From Polyangiaceae bacterium (GTDB lineage Bacteria > Myxococcota_A > Polyangia > Polyangiales > Polyangiaceae): a stretch of 64,000 nt of DNA. Position numbers and translations under genes: made by a program. The stretch lies in assembly GCA_050304975.1 (NCBI GenBank), contig JBNLEN010000008.1, positions 10,126 to 74,125 on the forward strand, given 5' to 3'. Shown here in pieces: positions 8,960-18,300 of this stretch (positions are counted from its first letter, which is position 1; each line of letters begins with the position of its first letter). The notes under the pieces are model-generated. The model did not search any database. It was not told the origin of the DNA and saw nothing but the letters and a program-made list of their open reading frames with translations.

Positions 8960-9064
8960 AAAAACTGCGGCATCTCAAATTCGATCCCTGGTCGGTACCG
9001 GCGGGATTGACTCTGAAACCCACCCAGCGCGGACCAGATCAGGCCGGTACACAATCTTTGTATT

Positions 9065-10018
9065 GTGCCGACACGGTATACGCGCAAAACTAGAATTCGC
9101 CGCCCTCGAGAACTGACGGTGCCTGACGACGACTTCGAAGAACCGACTGCAATATTCAGCATCGGTCCGTTGGGGCAGAGCCTGCCCCCGCGCGACAATC
9201 GTCATGTATTGGTGCTGCTTGAGGGCTCAGATGTAGGCAAAGTCGTCGGTATCGACTCCGATGAGTTCACGATCGGGCGCCGCAGCGACTGCAACTTGGT
9301 CTTGAAGTACGAAGGCGTCAGCCGTCAGCACGCGCGGATCATGCTGCACAAGGGCGCCTATTGGCTGCAAGATCTCGAATCCGCCAATGGCACGATGGTG
9401 CGCGGCAAGCGCATCTCCAGTCACAAGCTTGAAGACGGCGATGTGCTGCAGTTTGGACCTTTGGTCAGCGTCCGCTACTCGATCACTGACGCTGATGAAG
9501 AGCAACTGCTGAAAAACCTGTACCGCGCGAGCGTTCGGGATCCACTGACCGGTGCGTACAACCGCGAATATCTGTCCGAACGCCTCAAGAGTGAAATCGC
9601 GTTCGCCAAACGTCACTCCACTGAGACCGCGCTGATCATGTTCGACTTGGACCACTTCAAGCGTGTCAATGATACCTTCGGGCATCAAGCAGGTGATGCC
9701 GTGCTGATCGAAGTAGTCAAAACCGTGAAGACGGACCTGCGCACGGAAGACGTGCTGGCGCGCTATGGCGGCGAAGAGTTCGCCATCAGCGTGCGCGGAA
9801 TTGATCTCGAGGGAGCCGCCCTGCTCGGAGAACGCATCCGGGAGAGCAACCATCGCTACGTGCAGTTTGATGGCGGAGAAATCCCTATCAGTGTCAGCGT
9901 TGGCTGCGCCGCGTTCGGAGAGCTGGACAACCCATCCGTCGAAGGGCTGGTGGCCCTGGCTGACAAGCGTTTATATGCCGCCAAACAAGGCGGTCGTAAT
10001 CGCGTCGTCGCGGACTGA
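9065..10018 (+). CDS. FHA domain-containing diguanylate cyclase (GGDEF)
   Basis: FHA: FTIGRRSDCNLVLKYEGVSRQHARI...LESANGTMVRGKRI. GGDEF: DPLTGAYNREY, FDLDHFKRVNDTFGHQAGD, active site GGEEF with an RxxD I-site (RTED) five residues upstream. The GTG start at 9065 is uncertain. Confidence 0.88.
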   Translation: MPTRYTRKTRIRRPRELTVPDDDFEEPTAIFSIGPLGQSLPPRDNRHVLVLLEGSDVGKVVGIDSDEFTIGRRSDCNLVLKYEGVSRQHARIMLHKGAYWLQDLESANGTMVRGKRISSHKLEDGDVLQFGPLVSVRYSITDADEEQLLKNLYRASVRDPLTGAYNREYLSERLKSEIAFAKRHSTETALIMFDLDHFKRVNDTFGHQAGDAVLIEVVKTVKTDLRTEDVLARYGGEEFAISVRGIDLEGAALLGERIRESNHRYVQFDGGEIPISVSVGCAAFGELDNPSVEGLVALADKRLYAAKQGGRNRVVAD

Positions 10019-10059
10019 ACTCGTTCGGCCTGCGGAGCAATCCGCCTGAAGAATCCTGC

Positions 10060-11328
10060 TCAGTAGCAGCGCACGTCCCCGGAGCGATAGTTCACTCTGC
10101 GGGCCAGACTGCACACCCAGTCCTCGCGACGGATGGCGGTGCCAGACTGACTGGAGGGCGCATATTGCTCCACGCAGCTGGCAGCCAACGCGCGCCAGCT
10201 CGGAAGCCGCTCATTCAAGCCTGGCGTTTGTTCGCCGGAAAGGGATTCAACGCCCTCCAATAACTGGCTCAAGCCTCGACAAGCGCTCTCCCGCTGCCCT
10301 TGCGCGTGCAGCTGAGCCACCTGATCCACCGCGCCGCCGCGCAGCGCGGAACCAGACCCCACGCTGAACGTAAATAGCAGCACCAACACGGCGGGCGCGC
10401 CCCAGATGAAGCCAGCGTACTGGACTATCCTCTCGCGCTCCACGTCCAGCTGGTGCAAAGCTGCGACCGCCAGCAGCACGACGCAGACGGACATGGCGAG
10501 CAATATCCAAGTAGCGGTCGCTTGTTCGGCTAGCTCAGCGTTGTAGCGCAATTCATACGTCTGACAGGACAGCGGCGCGTCGACCCGGCGACAACCTTCG
10601 CGCGCGAGAAATTTTGCCCCATGGTTCATGGACCGCAGGAACCACCACGCCATGCCCAATAGCGAAACGCCACTAACCGCCAGCGCGGTGATCGCAGGCC
10701 AACGGCCGCGACCGCCGAACAGGGTCCGCGCCAGGGCGAAACCGCCGATCCCAACGCTAGAATATGTCAGCCATGGCACCAACATGCCGGGCATGTCGTG
10801 ACCGAAGGCGTGGCGTAGCACTCGATCAAACAGTTCACGGGAGCTCCATTCGTACAGCAGCCCACCCATCAGGCCAAAGTACGAAAACGCCACGCTCGCG
10901 CAGGCGGCGCCGTAGAAGGTTTTGCCGCTGAGCATCAGCAGTAGCGCTCGCACTCCGAGCGCACCCAGCGTCCAATACGCCATTGCCGCCATCAGCTCTT
11001 TCGTCGTGCCGACCATCTTCTCAGCAAAGTAGATGCTGGCAACAGCCACCATCACCATGACGATGAACGTCAGGAAGCTAGCCGCTACCTTTTGCCCCAT
11101 TCCCGATGCGTTTGGGTTGGCCCCCACCGCCCGAGCGAACTGCTGTGGATCATCGGGTAGAGCAGGCGGCGCGCCCACCGGAGGGCCAGCAGCTTCAGCG
11201 GTGGCCGGCGCCAACTCCGAATGCGGCTCGGCTGCGGCTAGCTCAGTTGACTCCGCTGGCAGTTCGGACTTTGACTCAGCGGGCGGCGCGGGCGATGCGC
11301 CCTCATGTTCACGTTCTTCGTCCACCAT
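10060..11328 (-). CDS. Polytopic membrane protein of unknown family (gene C of the FecR-VIT-vWA operon)
   Basis: The ATG at 11326-11328 lies 1 nt after the gene B stop (TGA at 11330-11332). The N-terminus is acidic and Pro-rich, followed by several hydrophobic helices (VAASFLTFIVMVMVAVASIYF, WILLAMSVCVVLLAVAAL, etc.) and a Cys-containing C-terminal tail. I recognise no family motif. Confidence 0.7.
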   Translation of the reverse strand: MVDEEREHEGASPAPPAESKSELPAESTELAAAEPHSELAPATAEAAGPPVGAPPALPDDPQQFARAVGANPNASGMGQKVAASFLTFIVMVMVAVASIYFAEKMVGTTKELMAAMAYWTLGALGVRALLLMLSGKTFYGAACASVAFSYFGLMGGLLYEWSSRELFDRVLRHAFGHDMPGMLVPWLTYSSVGIGGFALARTLFGGRGRWPAITALAVSGVSLLGMAWWFLRSMNHGAKFLAREGCRRVDAPLSCQTYELRYNAELAEQATATWILLAMSVCVVLLAVAALHQLDVERERIVQYAGFIWGAPAVLVLLFTFSVGSGSALRGGAVDQVAQLHAQGQRESACRGLSQLLEGVESLSGEQTPGLNERLPSWRALAASCVEQYAPSSQSGTAIRREDWVCSLARRVNYRSGDVRCY

Positions 11329-11329
11329 C

Positions 11330-14300
11330 TCAGCCCCCGATCCATGAGTTGCCGTTCCACTGCAGCTCAGTGGTGCCCTTCACCGCCAGCGCCAATTGTG
11401 CACGGCTCACCTTCGGAGGACCGTCGGCATCGGGCACCAGCGTCCGCAGTTGCACGTCGAGCGGCGCTTGGGGCGACAACCCCGCGTTGCGCTGCACCAC
11501 CAGCTTGGCATCGCTCAGACCGTCAATATCGTTCCAAAACGCAAACAACCCCACGCCGTTGACCTGCAGATCTGGCTCCACCACTTCCGCGGTCTTGCCT
11601 TCGCCCCGACGGATCTCCAACTTCACGCCTTCCAAAGTGGGCGGCACATCTACCAACGTGAGCACGCGGCGCTGCGGGCTGCGCAACGTGAGCAGCGCTC
11701 GCTCCACACGGGCCTTGTCGTCCGCTGAGACGCCTTTGGCCCCCAGTGCCTCACTGAGCATCAGTTGCGAAAGCCCCTCCGCCAAGCGTGACAACCCGGA
11801 GTGCCCGGAGCGCCCGCCAGTCTGCGCAATCCGGGTCAGCGCGCGATGGGCGAGGTCGATTCGCCCATCTTGCCACAGTACGAGACCACTGCGCAGACCC
11901 ACACTCGCGTCATCGGGCAGCAGTTGCTCCAGCACATCAAAGATCTCTTTGGAGCTGGCGAGCCAGCCGTAGCGTCGGGCCGTATCGCCCGCAAACGCCA
12001 GAGCCCAAGGATCGAGGGGAGCGCGCTCCAGCAGCTCAGTCAGCATCGACTGCGCCAGCGCATCCTGCTTCGAATGCTGCAATGCGGCTATCGCCTCGCC
12101 AATCAGCTGCGCGTCTGCGAAAGGATCGAGCCGGATCTGCTGCGCTTCGTTCAGCAACTGATCGACCTGACCTTCCGCATCGAGCAGGCGTAGCAGTTGC
12201 CGACGCAGCGTCGGCTCGTGCGGGGTGAGCACCAGGTAACGCCGGACGACTTTCAGCCGCTCCTGATTGTTCTTGGCCTGGTCATAGTCCTTGAGGAAAT
12301 CTTTACGCGCGAAGCGTTCGTGAGCCAGCAGCAGATCTTTCAGCTCTGCCAGCTGCTCGTGCGTGGTTGCCTGCGCCAGTGCCTCGCGTTCGAGGAAAGC
12401 CGCTGCATCAGCGTGTCCGGCTTCTGCGAGTTTCTGCGCCAACTCCAACGCCTGCGTGGGAGTCGCTCTAGCCAGCACCAACTCCAGAAACACCCTTCGG
12501 TCGTTCCAGGTACGCAGCTCACACAGCTGCTTGCTCTCAGCATACAGTTGGTCGGCTTCGTGGCCTCGCTTGTTCAGCCAATCATTCCAAACCCCGCGTC
12601 GCATTTCGAGCGGCAGTTTCGAGGTACCAGAGCAGCCTTTGCGCTGAGCCGGATCATACCGCTTGAGCGTGTAGCTGACCCAAACCGGCTGTCGGATCCC
12701 ACTGACCGGGTAGCGCAATCCTTTGGCGATGGACTGCAGGCAGCGTTCAATCATTCCTGGCGCTCGGCTCACCTCGACTTTGGTGCTACTGCCATCGCCA
12801 TCGACCTGAACCTTCACCTCCACCGACGCTGGGCCAGCCGCGCTGACGTCCGCTGCCCAACACGTCGACAGTGACGGCGCTGAGCGTCGCAACGTCTCTT
12901 GAGCGGCGGAGCGCACGGACTCCTCCAGGGAGGTCTCATCCGCGTACGCAGGTGCGAAACCATCCAGCAGCGCACCGCGCCACACCGGGGTCCGCTCCAC
13001 TGCGAGAAACGCACCGGACTGTCCCAAGGTGCGAGCCGCCAACGGGGGCGCATCATGCTTGCCCGAGGCCACACTCAGAGACGTCCAAGGCGTGATGAGC
13101 TGGAGCGAAAGCGCGGTGTCGAGCAGCGCCTCGCGCCCCTGGCCTGCAGCGACCAATTCGGCGACGCGCAGAGTCCCCCACTGACGCCGCACCAGATCTT
13201 CTCTCCCGGCCGGGACTTCCACCACCGGCCTCACGACTTCGTGGGCGCCGCCGGCGTCGTGCCAGCGCAGGGTCACCTGGCCCGGCAGCTCGCCGCGCAA
13301 GCGCCCGGCGATCATCAGCGTCGCTTGCGGGTGTGCACTGTGCGGCTCTCGGGGATACACGCGTTCCAGCTCTGGCCCGACTTCAATCTCCGCGCCCGTC
13401 ACAGCGGGCTTGAGCACCTCGGACATCAAGTCCATGACCGCAGCTGCGGCCTGCTGAGAGTCATCGGCTTGCATCAAAGGACCATGGCCGCGCGTCAAGA
13501 CGGACAGCGTCGCGTGGGCTGCGCCCCGCCCGATGGCGACTGCACCCAACCTCGGCAGCGCTCCCGTTCGGCGCCGCAGGCGTGCGTGCATCTCCGAGAT
13601 CTGCCGCGTACCCACGGTCGCAAGACCATCTCCGACGTAGAGCAGCAATCCGGCGTGGGCATCTTTTGGCAAACGATCGAGCCCAGCTTCCAGAGCTTCA
13701 GCTAGGTTGGTCGCGCCCCCGGGCGTGAGCTCATCCAGAGCGGCGACGACCTTGGCTCTGTCTGCCGCCTGGGCTGCTTTCGGCCCCACGTCAGCAACGG
13801 TATCCGCGGCACTCACGACAGAGATGGTGTCGTTCTTGCCTAATGCAGAGATGAGCGCCCGAACGAAACTCTTGGCCGTCTCAAAGCGCGACCCCGCCAT
13901 GCTCGATGAAGCATCCAGCACTACGCTGACGGCGACATTCTCACTCTTCACCTCGCCAGGCAGCTCCGAACGGATGACGACGAAGTCACCCTTGGGCCCA
14001 CCTGAGGCACGATATAGCCGAGCGACGTCTCGGGGCAGCGGCGCTTGCACGTCCACGACCACATCGGCGGTTGGACGCACGTCACCCCGCGTCAGCTGCA
14101 CCTTGTTGCCCTGGGGAACCAAGCCCATGCCAGGTGCGATGGCGGTGGGTTTGGCGGGCCCCGCATCAACCATCACCTTCAGCTCGCCGATGGGCGGCGC
14201 TTCTTCGGAGCTGACCATCGGATAGCGATATTGCAGTCTGCGTTCAGCGTCTGGCAGATCGACGGGATCCAACCATTCGACGTATTCGAATTCGACGTCA

Positions 14301-15316
14301 ACGGTCTTGCCCGAAAGCACCGCTGGCAGGGTGGCGCGGAGCCAGCCGTCACCCGCCCACTCCAAGATACCTGACTCTTGTTCGTAGTTGGACGCGGAGC
14401 GATAGACCGGCACCACCTCCGCTGCGCCCGCTACGGACGAAACCGCAAAGTGTGAAACCATCGCCCCGCGTGGGATCGCCACACGATAGCTGCTCGTTTG
14501 GGTCGTGGTGCCACCATTGAAGTAGGTGGTCTTGACGCGGGTGGTCGCCATCTCTCCGAGCACCTGCGCTTGGACGTCGTGAGCGCGCACGATCATGGCT
14601 TGGCCATCAGCCGTGAGCTCACCGAGGGCGCGTCCAGGTGCCAGGGGGGACGCCCACGGCGAAGCTAACCCTTCCGTCCAATCATCAAACGCCCGCTCAG
14701 GCGCGACGCTAACCTTGCCGGATTCGATCTTGGCAGTCTCACCCACCTGCACTCGGTGATCTTTGCCGTCCAGGGTGACACTCAGCTCACCTTTGGCGGC
14801 GAACACGCTCGCTACCCCCTCTTTGAGCGAGATCCCCGAGCTACCGCCCGTCAGTTTCACCTGCGCCTGCCCCAGCTGCAGCTTGCCTTCGACCCCTTCC
14901 GGCGCCAGGACGAAGACGCGTCCCTGTTCGAGCCTCAACTGCTCTGTTTGGGCGGTGAGCCGTGTGTTTTCGTCCAGCACCGCCAAAGCGCCGGAATCGA
15001 GGCGCAAACGCGCACGCCCATCCCCATCCGTCTCAATCGCCTGACCATCCACAATGCGAGTATCCGAGAGCACAGGCGCGGCGGCGCTGAGCACCCCGGC
15101 ATGGATGGGCTGCAAATCACCAATCGTGGCCTGGAGCTTGACGGCGACCGGTTGATGCAGGTGATACGCCCAAGCGCACACGCCGATCACGCCGATGGCC
15201 GCCAGCCACAACCAGCGCCAACTGATGGTCGATGCGCGGCTCCCGGCCGAGCTCGACTTCGGAGCAGAGCTCGGTTTGGAATTCGGTGCCGGGTTGGCAT
15301 CGTTCGAATCAGCCAT
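11330..15316 (-). CDS. Giant membrane-anchored FecR-like / VIT / vWA / TPR-like protein (gene B, 1328 aa)
   Basis: N-terminal TM anchor WRWLWLAAIGVIGVCAWAY. FecR-like segment: IVDGQAIETDGDGRARLRLDSGALAVLDENTRL. VIT-like: VRAHDVQAQVLGEMATTRVKTTYFN...YRVAIPRGAMVSHF. vWA with an intact MIDAS: VLDASSSMAG, GGATNL, VGDGLATVG. The C-terminal half is helical-repeat. The start ATG at 15314-15316 is preceded by GAGGAGG. Confidence 0.8.
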   Translation of the reverse strand: MADSNDANPAPNSKPSSAPKSSSAGSRASTISWRWLWLAAIGVIGVCAWAYHLHQPVAVKLQATIGDLQPIHAGVLSAAAPVLSDTRIVDGQAIETDGDGRARLRLDSGALAVLDENTRLTAQTEQLRLEQGRVFVLAPEGVEGKLQLGQAQVKLTGGSSGISLKEGVASVFAAKGELSVTLDGKDHRVQVGETAKIESGKVSVAPERAFDDWTEGLASPWASPLAPGRALGELTADGQAMIVRAHDVQAQVLGEMATTRVKTTYFNGGTTTQTSSYRVAIPRGAMVSHFAVSSVAGAAEVVPVYRSASNYEQESGILEWAGDGWLRATLPAVLSGKTVDVEFEYVEWLDPVDLPDAERRLQYRYPMVSSEEAPPIGELKVMVDAGPAKPTAIAPGMGLVPQGNKVQLTRGDVRPTADVVVDVQAPLPRDVARLYRASGGPKGDFVVIRSELPGEVKSENVAVSVVLDASSSMAGSRFETAKSFVRALISALGKNDTISVVSAADTVADVGPKAAQAADRAKVVAALDELTPGGATNLAEALEAGLDRLPKDAHAGLLLYVGDGLATVGTRQISEMHARLRRRTGALPRLGAVAIGRGAAHATLSVLTRGHGPLMQADDSQQAAAAVMDLMSEVLKPAVTGAEIEVGPELERVYPREPHSAHPQATLMIAGRLRGELPGQVTLRWHDAGGAHEVVRPVVEVPAGREDLVRRQWGTLRVAELVAAGQGREALLDTALSLQLITPWTSLSVASGKHDAPPLAARTLGQSGAFLAVERTPVWRGALLDGFAPAYADETSLEESVRSAAQETLRRSAPSLSTCWAADVSAAGPASVEVKVQVDGDGSSTKVEVSRAPGMIERCLQSIAKGLRYPVSGIRQPVWVSYTLKRYDPAQRKGCSGTSKLPLEMRRGVWNDWLNKRGHEADQLYAESKQLCELRTWNDRRVFLELVLARATPTQALELAQKLAEAGHADAAAFLEREALAQATTHEQLAELKDLLLAHERFARKDFLKDYDQAKNNQERLKVVRRYLVLTPHEPTLRRQLLRLLDAEGQVDQLLNEAQQIRLDPFADAQLIGEAIAALQHSKQDALAQSMLTELLERAPLDPWALAFAGDTARRYGWLASSKEIFDVLEQLLPDDASVGLRSGLVLWQDGRIDLAHRALTRIAQTGGRSGHSGLSRLAEGLSQLMLSEALGAKGVSADDKARVERALLTLRSPQRRVLTLVDVPPTLEGVKLEIRRGEGKTAEVVEPDLQVNGVGLFAFWNDIDGLSDAKLVVQRNAGLSPQAPLDVQLRTLVPDADGPPKVSRAQLALAVKGTTELQWNGNSWIGG

Positions 15317-18300
15317 CGGCCACCTCCTCTTTGCCGTTGAGCAACTTCAGCTCGCCATCGGCGATGCGAAAGCGAAGACTCGCGTCTTTGTCCGACGGGT
15401 TCTTAGCGCGCCCCTCGGCTGGGACGAGCCTATCCCGCAAAAAGCGCACCGGCACACTGACGATACGTTCTTTGTCGCCCAGCTCATCAAACGCCACCGT
15501 GAGCCGGCCTTGCACGCCCAATCGAGCCACCGCATCCAGCTGCGCTGGATCGACTCGTACTTCCACGATTGGCTCTGGAGCGGCGGGGAGTTCCAGCTCC
15601 GCGATACCCAAGAGCGGATCCATCTTGGTCGCCACGGTGCCGCTGTCACCCAGGCTGCGCCAAAGTGTCGGATGAAAATCCGGATGATCCCAGGTCAATG
15701 TGACCCGCAAGCCGTTCGCAACCCCCGGCTTGGTCGCCGAGCGCAGCCGCCGAGCGCGCGTCAAGAGCGTCTTGGCGACGTCCGCTTCCTTGTCTTGGCG
15801 TGCCTGCTGTCTGGCCCACGCCAAGTACGTGGACGCGACCGCCAAAGCTGAACTGGCCACGCCTTGAGGGTTGTCCGGATCGCCCGACTGGCGCGCTTTG
15901 TCGAGCCAGTTCATGGCTTCTTCAATCCGTCCTTGTCCGTAAGCGCAGGTGGCGATCAAGACTTGCACCGTTGGGTCCTCCGGAGTCAGCTCGGCCAGGG
16001 TCTCATAGTGGCGGCGGGCTTCTGCGTACCAACCGTGCGCGCGCAACAAGTCACCCAGGCGGCGCCGAGCGCCCGGGTCATCGGGGGCAAATTCGACGAT
16101 CTCGCCAAACGCCCGTTTGGCTTGAGCCCTATCCTCCTCTGCCTCTTTGGCGTTCTTGGCTCGCTCCGCCAGGCGCAAGTACAGCTCGCCAACGTAGGTT
16201 CGAACGGCTGCGTCGGCGTCGGCGCGTGCCCTCAGATCATGACACAGGTCGCGCGCCTGCCCGTAGAGTTCAGCATCCTCTAGCGCGCCCAACCAGTTCA
16301 GATGCAGCGCCAAGTCATCCGGCCATTGCGCGGCCAGGGCGCGCAGCATGTCCGCGCGTTCCTTCAGCGACTTCGCAGCCTTCAACTTATCCGCCAGAAT
16401 GCTCGGGCTGAGCGTCTTGAGTCCGAGTGCCTCGTGCAGCTCACGCGTCTCTTGGGGCGTGCGCACTCGGGCCAAGATCCCCCGATACAACAGCTCGCGC
16501 TCAGTTTGGAAGCCGATCATCCGTTGCCACAAGTCCACCCGCTCTTCGACTGTCTTCAGGTTGTCGAGCATGATCGAAAGCAGTCGCGCACGCTGCTGCC
16601 AGGACTTGGCTTCACAACCATGCAACGTAGCGAAGTAGACGTCTTTGCTAACGAGCGGACTCTTGCCCGCCAGACGTTCACGCCACAACTTCAAGCGCTC
16701 AGAGAACGGCAGGGCCGCGGCTGGACTGCACGGGCTCGGCACGCGCTGCACGTTGTCCACCACCACGGTGACGCTCACGCGACCTTGGGGTTTGGATTCT
16801 TCAACAGGCTTGGGCGGCTCCCGAGGAGCACTTGCGCCGCCGCCGGGGCTGAACATGATCGGGTAGACGACGCTGACGCTGCCCTCCTCCGGTTTCGGAA
16901 AACTCAAACCATAAAATGCGCGGACTATGCAGTCGACGACGCCGGAGTCCGGCAAACTCGAGCCACCGTTGGCGACGTTGCCGACCGACCCATCGCCGGC
17001 AATCTTGAACCTGACAGAGACGCGCCCCTCGAGGTTTGGATTGACGCCCAGGCCCTTTTCGTAACACAGCCGGAAGCGTCCGTAGTTCTGACGCACGATG
17101 CGTTGAATGACCTCTTTGGGCAGCTTTCCGGTGACGGTCGTGGCTCCCATGCGCACTCGCGGCGCCGAAGTGCGATGGCTGCCACCCAGCCTGCCATGGC
17201 CGCCGCCAAAACCCTGCCCGGTCCCGGTGCCCGCGCCATGACCCAACGTGCCCAAGCTACCCAGGCCAATGCCATCACCACGACCGCCGCCTCCCTTGGA
17301 GGCAGCTTTGAGGCCGAGCCCGCCAGCACCATAAGCATCCCCCGCAGCCCAAGCGTCATCAGATTCTGCCTCCTCAGGCTCGTCTCTAGGCGCGGGATCC
17401 TTCATCGGCTCCGGCGGCGGCTCCCCACTCGCGCCGGAATTGAGCAGGCCGATCATCCCGAACTCGGCGGCTTCTCTCAGCGCTTGCTCACGCGGATTGT
17501 CGCTCGGCCCCTTGACGGCGTAGCGCTTGTTGGTTGCCCTGGAAGTCTCTTTGCCCATCGACCCCTCTTCGCCTTTGGCGCGAGTGCCAGTGCCGCCCTC
17601 TTTGTTGTCGGCGTTCTCGGTAACGAGCTCAACTTCTTCCTCTTCCTCTGGCTCGTACTGGCGGCGTTCTTCTCTCAGCTCGTTCTCCGTCGGGACGTAG
17701 AACGAGGTAAATGGGGTCAAGATCCCGTAGCGGGAGCCAAGATCCACCAACACCGCACGGCCTTCACCGGCGCGTAGCAGGTCCATCAAACGCCCGTTGG
17801 CCCAGCGCTGCCGCGAATCACCGTGGTCATCCAGGGGATGAGCGTCCAGCTCCACCGTTTGAGAGGAGTCCGCCGTCTTCAGCACCAGCTGCGAAGGCAT
17901 CGCTTTGGTAACGCGCCCCACCACCCAGGTACTCTGGCCTTCAATCAACGTCAGCGGACCACTTGGCTGGAGCCGTTCGACGTTGCCACCGAAATCAACA
18001 CTGACGTCCAAGAGCGCCGGCTTGTCTGCCTGCGTCAGCACTTCCAGCGCGGCTTCCGCCGCGCCATAGCCGTCACTGATGCGTTTGGAGAAACCACCGC
18101 GCGCGAGCGCACTCAGCAAGTCCATGCGGGCGTTCAGCCCCAACCCAAGAGTAAACAAGCGAGTCGGTCGCGGCAACGACTGCAGCTGCTTGAGCAACTT
18201 CACCCGGTCGAGCTCGCCCACCGTCGGGCGCCCGTCACCAATGTAGACGACAGCGCCGCGCCGCTTCGGCTCCAGCAAGCGGGCGGCCTCCGTCAGGATG

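Noticed and set aside
16302-17777. A 491-aa plus-strand ORF, and several other long ORFs (15800-16411, 17823-18350, 18606-19421, 19476-20078), lying antisense to gene A.
   Set aside because: They lie entirely inside a domain-rich minus-strand gene. Their translations are Arg/Ala/Gly/Pro-rich low complexity, typical of shadow frames in high-GC DNA, and they carry no motifs.
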